Source of the DNA: Epiperipatus broadwayi
Lineage: Eukaryota > Animalia > Onychophora
Direction of reading: 5' to 3'
DNA length: 64,000 nt
Assembly: GCA_028023455.1 (NCBI GenBank)
Contig: JAQFVV010000003.1
Coordinates: forward strand, 21,576,001 to 21,640,000
The position numbers were made by a program, and so were the translations under genes. Below, one piece after another: positions 55,803 through 64,000 of the stretch; the stretch's first letter is position 1, and the number at the start of each line of letters is the position of its first letter. Under the pieces are notes generated by a model. That model had not been told where the DNA came from, ran no database searches, and was given only the letters and a program-made list of their open reading frames with translations.

Positions 55803-55848
55803 GCCGGCCGATGCTATGACATATGAAAAAAAAAAAAAGAAAGAAAAC
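55803..55848 (+). mobile_element. 5'-truncated tRNA-Gly SINE 3' end with poly(A) and 13-bp TSD
   Basis: aaatagagcattg at 55790-55802 and 55849-55861 flanks gccggccgatgctatgacatatg-A(n). Confidence 0.85.
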
Positions 55849-56093
55849 AAATAGAGCATTGTGTTGCTAAGTTAAGAGATAATATCAGATAATAATAAAA
55901 AAGATATTAGAGATTGTACCGGTATTTATTTTTACACAATATATATATACACTATATATATATACCCAAAGACTATTATGAGAATTGAAATTTTCTATAA
56001 ATGTCGAAGTTGTAGGAAAGTCTGGAAAAGAAGAATAGGCCTAATTTATATTGAGAGATTTGTAAACGTATATTTAAAATTTATCCAAATGAT

Positions 56094-56630
56094 GATTTGA
56101 ACTCAGACTTTCACATGACCTCAACCATCCATGCTATCTCATATTGCTGATACACTTGATCACACACATGTTGAAAAGATGAATAATCACCAATATACAT
56201 ATTTCATGCTAAACCAGCAATCATCAATTCGTCCAGATTATCATCTCCATACATATATACAATCAAAGCTCAGCTTATGTTAAGATAGCCAATCTTCATA
56301 CTTTAATGGACATGCTTCAAACTACTCCACCTCATAACTCTTCAGCCATCCATTTCATTGAAAATCTGATGATGGAGTTGTGAGGTGGAGTACTTTGAAG
56401 CCTGACCATTAGAGTATGAAGATTGGCTATCTTAATATAAGCTGAGCTTTGATTGTATATATGTATGGAGATAATAATCTGGATGAACTGATGAGTGGTG
56501 GTTTAGCATGAAATATGTATATTGGTGATTATTTATCTTTTCAACATGTGTGTGATCAAATGTATAAGCAGTATGAAATAGCATGAATGGCTGATGGTCA
56601 TGTGAAAGTCTGAGTTCAAATCCCCTATAT
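56094..56630. mobile_element. Family B fold-back element (arms of about 260 bp), PLE-like inverted pLTRs
   Basis: The arms are reverse complements around about 56355; homologous to 41227-41415. Confidence 0.88.
56484..56525 (+). ncRNA. Minimal type I hammerhead ribozyme candidate (family B); mirror copy at 56190-56230 (-)
   Basis: CUGAUGA GUGG UGGUUUA GCAU GAAA UAUGUA UA UUGG; three-copy consensus CCAA CUGAUGA GUGC..GCAC GAAA UACGUA UA UUGG. Confidence 0.72.
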
Positions 56631-59135
56631 ATTACACATAGAAATGCAGGCATGAAAAAGCCTGTACTGTAGAAAAAATTAATATTCCAAATGATGATTG
56701 TAATATTATTTGAAATATTTTCAGCAGGTTATTTATAAGATGGTTTGATACAAAAGTAATCATACACTGTTTATACATTCAATGTAAATACAGAAATTTT
56801 TAGAAAATTAGCATTATTAGAATAATAATGTTCTGTGTACAATTACATCAATATTGTGTTAAACAATTAATTACATTTGTTGAGAATATCCATTTTTGAT
56901 TTTATATGCCCTCATGGTATTGTTTCCTAGGTGAACAGATTATTTATTAGATGCGTACCTGACATTTGATTTATTCAACATTTGTCAAAACCATATAAAC
57001 ATTTTTTTTAGGGTTTGCTTGACTTATCATCACAATATCTTCAACTTTTACTTTTAATAGTTTTAATGTATGTTATATAATTTGATCCTTTAATCAGGAA
57101 TTCATGTAAGGATATTGTTTTCACATGTTAATGCATGCTACTTGCAGAGTGAAGAATATAAAGACTGTCATTCATTCATCCCAGTACTAAAGTGAAACAA
57201 TCTTTAAATATACCACTGCAAAATAAATTTCTTTCCAACAACCTCACATAATAAAAAAAGGTAAAGAAAGAATTGTCCGATAGTAAGGTTATATTTTTTA
57301 TTCTTGTTTTACTTTTTATTAAACATACTTAAATATTTATTTAATGTTCATTATTAGATTGTTAGCAGGATTGTCTATGGTACTGTTACCAGAAAATAAT
57401 CCCTATTCCTGATGATAACCTAAAATGCTTTTCAAATTTTGCCTGAATTCAAAATTAGATTAGATACATCACTACTGTACCATAAAATATTCAATTTAGG
57501 ACCCTATTATTAATAGAAAAAATTGTTTTTTTATTCATTTCTGAAGTTTTAAATCAATTTAACATAAATTCTTAATATCTACTTTTACTTTTCTATCATT
57601 GCTGCTTTTATTTTTGTACAATTGTTCAGCAAGATATGTAAATATGGTAATTTTCTTAGCTCTGACTTAAAATCAAGAATGTGCCATGGTTATGCTTTTA
57701 ATAAACCACTTTGGGTTTCTTTTTAAGATGCCTAATAGTTTTTGAAACATCAGTGTGTGTATGTATATATTTAATAAAATTGGCTAATGAAACTACACAA
57801 GCATGTAAATTAATAAAAATATATTTCATCACATGTATTAATACATAGAAAAAAATTACTATTTCATCATTATATCAAAATTTGTCTCGAAAGAAAATTT
57901 TGTCATGTGATTCTAGGAATAAGCATCATTACCTTCCCTCATACATTCACATGGTGACTTTTAATATATAAATTAAAACTGCATAATAGTATTGAAAAAA
58001 AGAAAGGGAGAAATAAGCTAAAATTCTTGAAAAACTTACATTTACATATACACACTGGGTCTCATTTTATGCAGTAGATAGGTTCCTCAGAAAACACGCA
58101 CAAAAGAAATTGCACAAAAATAGACTTAACTTACCTTGAAAAATGGGGGATACGTACTGTTATTTTCCAAAAATCACATAAAAGCAAAACAACAACATAA
58201 AATTACTTTAAAATTTGCATAAAAAAAAATAAAATAAAATATGATTAATAAAAAATTTCAAATTTGAAAAAAATTGATACAAGACAAACTTTTTTTACTT
58301 TTTTTATTAACTACAGTATTTAATTTTATTCAAAACAATATATTTTTATGCGTAATTTACATTTTTTTTATACATGTATGGTATTTTAATCATTAGCGCT
58401 ATTTAAGACATCAGATTCATCATGATGTGATGTGATGTGAGGTACTGTAGTTTCTCCTTAAATGAAGTCAAGAGGAAATACAACTAAAACATTTTCCAAT
58501 CACTGTTGATCCTTCCCATTTCACTAAGTGATCTAAAATTGAAATTTTTGTTTCCAAAGAAATTCATTTTCTTGGATGTTTTTTTCTCTCCATTAGAGTA
58601 AACTAAAAGTTTAAAATAAAAATAAGAACTTAGACTTACGATAATAAAAAGACACCAACTTACCAATGTAGGGCAAAATTTAATTAAAACAAACAATTAA
58701 AAATTAAATTCTTATTTTTGACTTTAATTTTTTAATTTTCAATTCCGTTTAAAAATCAAATTTCATCATTTCACATCACCTTAATTTCAGATCACGTTAT
58801 GTAATTTTTAAATTGTTAATTATAATTAAAAATCAGATTTTAATTGTCAAGTTTAATTGTGCCCTCTGCTGTTACTCACTTTTTAAAAATAAACTTGCGG
58901 ACACTAAATGATTAATTGATTACATACTCTTTTTATAAAAAGCAAAAATAGAACGTGATTTAAAATGCAAAAACAACATACATAGTATTTTTCATCTATA
59001 ACATTTGAACAGATTTACATTATAGTCTTGTAAAATGGGGAAATTCTGATTTTAAGTGAATTATGAACTTCTTTATTGCATAAAATCTATTACAGTACTA
59101 TTATAAAGCACTGAAAGTATTGAAATTATTAAACG

Positions 59136-59234
59136 GAAGTCGAACTCCGATAATGCGTTATTACTTTAAATATGACGTGAGTGTGCAAAATTTATAATAT
59201 TTAAAGTAATAGTGCATTATCAGAGGTCGACTTC
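59136..59234. repeat. Inverted repeat, arms of about 38 bp
   Basis: gaagtcgaactccgataatgcgttattactttaaatat pairs with atatttaaagtaatagtgcattatcagaggtcgacttc. Confidence 0.8.
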
Positions 59235-62200
59235 TGATCTAATAATTTTTATCACATAAAAGAAAAATGCATACAAAGATATTAAGAAGAAACATGAATC
59301 GCATTAAATAAATCTGCATAAAACGATACCCGGGTGTATAATTCAAATTACAAATAGCATACCAGGGGAAGTACTCCATGCTAATTCCTATTTATAAATG
59401 ATTATTATATGCAATTATTAAAATTAGAAATGTGTGAATCTAATCAGAGAATAATAATGACGATAAAAATCTTGAAAAAAAAATGCATATTTAAATATGC
59501 ATATTATAACATATCACTTGCAAACTAGCAAGCAAATTCCATGAATATAATTACTGCATATAAATGACTATAATATGTAATTTAAAAACACACATTTTCC
59601 TAAAAATATATTCAAGATATATATCAAAAATATGTTTAAATATATGGAATAAAGTTGGTTAATCAAATTTACACAAGCATATAAATTAATAATATATTTG
59701 GTCACAATATCAATGGATAGGGAAAATCAACTAAATATTTCATTTCCAGTACTGGCATCTTATCATACTATTTATATATTTTTTTATGTAAATGTACCCA
59801 TTCCAAAGTTACAGAAATTATTATTTTTCTCTTTAGAATAGTATTAGCATTTTAAATCTAAATGTTAAAGTTGTTATCTGGATGTATGGGGCAGGAAGAG
59901 ACGTGTTGATTTCCAGGGTCATCTGATGAGATTCCTGTATCAAAACAAAATGCTAGTAAAATTAGTGATGAAGTAATTATTAGTTTGCTCTATGCATTGA
60001 AATGTTTGAGTAAATATACTTTTAATAATTTATATGCTTGTGTAGTTCAATTTGCTGATTTATTATAACTATTTAAGCATGTTTTTAGCATACATCTTAG
60101 ATGTAGTATTTATATATGAGTATATGTTTTATAGTATATGTATACATGTTGAGACTGTGTGTTGCATAATTATATAGAAATGTATACATTCTCCATAAAC
60201 ACAGTACACAAAAAAATTAAGTTATAGAAAATTAAATTTGTTATAAATTTCTATTTTGTTGTTGTTTAAATTGTGCTTTATTAAAACCACGATATGGAGA
60301 TCACATATATTTAAGGGAAGATTATAGCAATTTATAATATAGGTAAGTTGTTTATTTGGACATGTTTGTACCCGTTATCTTTTGTACAATACCTATATTA
60401 ACATTTTAAATTTATTTTTTAAATTTCAAATTTGTTCATGAGATCTTATTTACTATAAATTATTTTATTCAACATTTTCTCATCCATAAAAATTTATTTT
60501 TAAACTGACATGAAAAAGATCTAAACTATATAAATATTAAAGGTTTCATGATGTAGAGACTAGTACACCCATCTGCCACACTCTAAATTGGATGAATATT
60601 GGAAATTTCAGATAGCCAATCCAGTTAACTATCTAGTAAGTTACTAAATATTCCAAGTTAATCTAGATTGATCAAATAAATATTGATGCAATGATTTACT
60701 TATAATGGTATAAGATATGGTCTTCAACACTGGCCGCTAGGAAGTTGTGTATGTGCTGGAGAGATCACAGGTTATTTTTTAGATAAAGACTTTAGCATCA
60801 TTTTATTTTATTTTTTAACTTGACCTATTTTTAAAAATGCTACTTTTTGAAAAAATATTCTTTTCACAATTTATTATTAATTAGGAAAAAAAATTAAAAA
60901 ATTAGAATGCAGAGATTTTTAATAATAATGACACCATTAAAGACTATGACTTTCGGGAGGATCAATAATTAAGCTTTTGAGTTCATTGGTTGCAGCAACA
61001 TTGATTAAATATGTTGCAATTTATTGTTACACAAAAGATGAAAATATATCATGAATGTGAATGCAGCTATTAAAAAATTTCATTTGAAAATGCTCCATAA
61101 GATTCTAAAAGCATGATGACAAGATAATAAGACAAAATTGATTCAGTTTTCTGAATGGGATTTGTATCTTTATTAGAATGGCTATATGAAATGAATAAAT
61201 AATAAAAGGCAACTTTCTAGAAAAATATTTTATGTTGAACTTGACCATAGTTCTACAGAAAAAGCAGATTCCATTTATATTATAAAGATTATTTTAAAGA
61301 TAAATTAATTTGTTGTATTTCAGTTCTGTTGCTTTCTAAAAGCTTGAATAATTAATAGATACCAGATAATAGTGTATGATAAATATTCATTTAGTACTGC
61401 TCCACCCATAAAGTTTTGGATCTGGATCTATTGCTCTGGATTTTTTTTTTGGATTTTAATGCATCTTTCCTCCAGCAATATTTTATTCCTTTTTTATTGT
61501 CAAGCTACCAGTGTGAAATTCAAAAATATCTTAATGTTTTAAATCTAAGACAACTTATTTGCATAGTTATATAAATATGACATCTGTTCAGCAGTTATAT
61601 ATTTTGATGTCACAGTTTCTTAATAACTAGACACTTACATTCCCAAGCAGCAATTATGGTAACATCAACAAAATATTGTGTGATCTCTACCTACCTAATA
61701 CTTTTAAGTAGCAAATGTATTTTTCCTATTCTATTTTCTATAAAACATCATATGACTTTTAATTCAAGCTACCACAAAGTAACAGAATTGGAATAGGGGA
61801 ATAGATTGGCAATGATAATGTGGTATTTTGTTGGCATTATTTCAAAGATATTCTAAACCAATGCAATATTGACAGCTTTATTGATAAGATATAGCTGCTG
61901 ATAGAATACAGTAAAGAGCTACAATATGTAAGGTGTTGAATCAATTCAAAAAATAAAGTTTCTGCTGAAGATGTTAACAGACAATATTACAAGTTATAAA
62001 AACACAGATTAAAGGACCAGCATGCAATATACATATATTTCATTTTTTAATCAATTGAATCATAAATAAATTGAAGTATTAGACAACTTGTTTGTATACA
62101 ATTTAATTACATATCATCAAACTGATTTTCACTCACATATGAACTTTTTCAAGATATGTAATTAAATTGTATACAAATTGTCCAGTATTTCAACTTATTT

Positions 62201-62301
62201 ATAATTCGATTTTTAAAAGTTTATCATTTTTTGACAACATTATGATGTATATTTAATGAAAAATGACTGCAAGAAATTATATATATATTATACAATGTAC
62301 C

Positions 62302-62797
62302 AATAGCTCAGATAAGCTCTTAATTCATAAGTGCAGTAAGAAAAAATATTTAAAATTTCTATCTGGAACATTCCTATCCCCAGACCAATTGGTTTTGAGC
62401 TCATGGCTCACCTCAGTGAGTAGCTAGAACATTCAGACATTAGATCTAAAATAACAATTCAAAAACAGCACTTATTTAATATGTAATATTTAAGTAGAAA
62501 CTCTGAAATTTTTGGACATGAAAATGTCTTTAATTCTAGCTATCTAACTTAAATAGCTATATGGGATGGAACAAAATTCATATCTACCATATATTAATAG
62601 CCTTATCATTGCCAAGACCTTAAAGGTAAAATTATAGTATTCAATAAAGCAAGTCATATATAGCATGGCATTGCTTTTATAAGCTTGTATTTACAAATAT
62701 GTAATATAGAGAGCATAGTAATAGCTCAAACAAGCTTTTACTTCATAAGTGTGGTAAAAGAAAATATTTAAAATCTCTATCTGGAATGTTCCTATTC
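62302..62797. repeat. Diverged direct repeat of about 75 bp (62302-62376 and 62720-62797)
   Basis: aatagctca...aagct.tta.ttcataagtg..gtaa...aaaatatttaaaat.tctatctggaa..ttcctat occurs twice. Confidence 0.8.
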
Positions 62798-64000
62798 TAA
62801 TTCATGTATTGGTTTGTATAGTCATCACGAAACATATTTCTGATATTTTATTTTCTTACTTTATTTTTTTCTTCTGAAATTAGAATGGCTAAACTATTTA
62901 TGTATATCTACTAATGATGATAATGACGATGCAACCACTATTGCAGATCCATGGATTTTTAAAGGATTGTTTCTGTTTTTGATTATATAGATTTTAGGTG
63001 CCAATCGATTTTTATTATCTTCAGTGTCGGTATTCACAATGCGAATTGGAATCAAATACGGGTACAAGGAGAACTATTGTATTTTGCTTCTTGTATTTCT
63101 CAGAATTTTTTAAGATTTATTATCTGTAAAGTAATAAAAAAATAAAAATACAATAATTAAATGGATTAAAAATTATTTAAGTTTTTAATAAATTTCTATG
63201 CACTTTTGTTTTTTTGGATGTCGATGATGTGATGCGCTGCCTTTTTCTCAATTTGGTGTCTGAATTCTGATGGGTTGAACCATGAAAATTTTTTCAGATC
63301 AGTAACAAGCATAGAATTTTATTTTAATTAAACTGTTTATAATCAATCCAGATAAATATCCATAATTAATTAATATCTAGCTATAATTAACTGGGGAATA
63401 AAAGATTCCAGAGAAATCTGGGTTGATCCAGTGTATGTTTGTACATTGATTATTTGAACAAAAACTGCATCACTATGGGGAGGGGTCGGTCATACTTTTA
63501 TAGTATTGAGTCTTCTGATAGGATTATATAAGTATATACCCATGTCTTATATTCAGACACACACAATCAAATAATTTATGTGCGCACACATGTTTATAAA
63601 GTATAATAAATTAATTTATATATATTTGTAATAAAGAAATAATGTATTGATGAAGTTTAATAATTGTTTTATTTTGATATTTTTAAACTGTTATTGTTTC
63701 AATAAACAAATGAAAATGCAAGGAAAACAATGAAGAGACCCTCAAGGTTTCTATTTAGTTGGAGTTGAGATTTTCATCCACCTGTCCAATGATTCTTATT
63801 TTCATTTCCTTATTATGGTCAATTAGTTTACCACTAAGTGAACTTTTTGTTTTAAAAAATGATTATTAATTGATATTTATATGCAGAAATGCTAATTATA
63901 GTTTTAAAATTTGATACCTTGAGGCTGCGTCAACGTTTAATAAGTTTTAATAAGCAAAATGTATGAAAAAAATTAATATTTATCAAATCAAAAAAGCTCT

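Noticed and set aside
57409-57445. ctgatga motif
   Set aside because: No pairing stem II and no GAAA.
58484-58696. 70-aa minus-strand ORF as a gene
   Set aside because: It starts at a non-ATG codon, spans candidate donor sites, and shows no recognisable homology.
62930-63300. Short protein-like frames in a CpG-retaining patch
   Set aside because: Stops occur in all frames after the candidate acceptor, and no family was recognised.

Overview
This is very AT-rich, strongly CpG-depleted animal genomic DNA. The species cannot be determined; an invertebrate such as an arthropod is plausible, but that is inference. I found no intact host gene. The window reads as intergenic or intronic DNA full of decayed transposable elements: four related L1/Tx1-like ORF2 copies (YMDD-type RT, C-terminal CCHC finger), several RTE 3' ends, a Ty3/Gypsy RT-RNaseH relic, a tRNA-Gly(TCC)-derived SINE family with TSDs, microsatellites and at least nine fold-back inverted repeats. 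The main result is at least four distinct families of short repeats carrying minimal type I hammerhead-ribozyme cores (CUGANGA-stem II-GAAA-short, mostly palindromic stem III), the architecture known from Penelope-like element pLTRs and non-LTR retrozymes. Several copies show 12-15 bp TSDs, inversions or fold-backs, and CpG-decay or compensatory changes consistent with conserved RNA structure. All alignments and folds were done by eye, and element boundaries are approximate.
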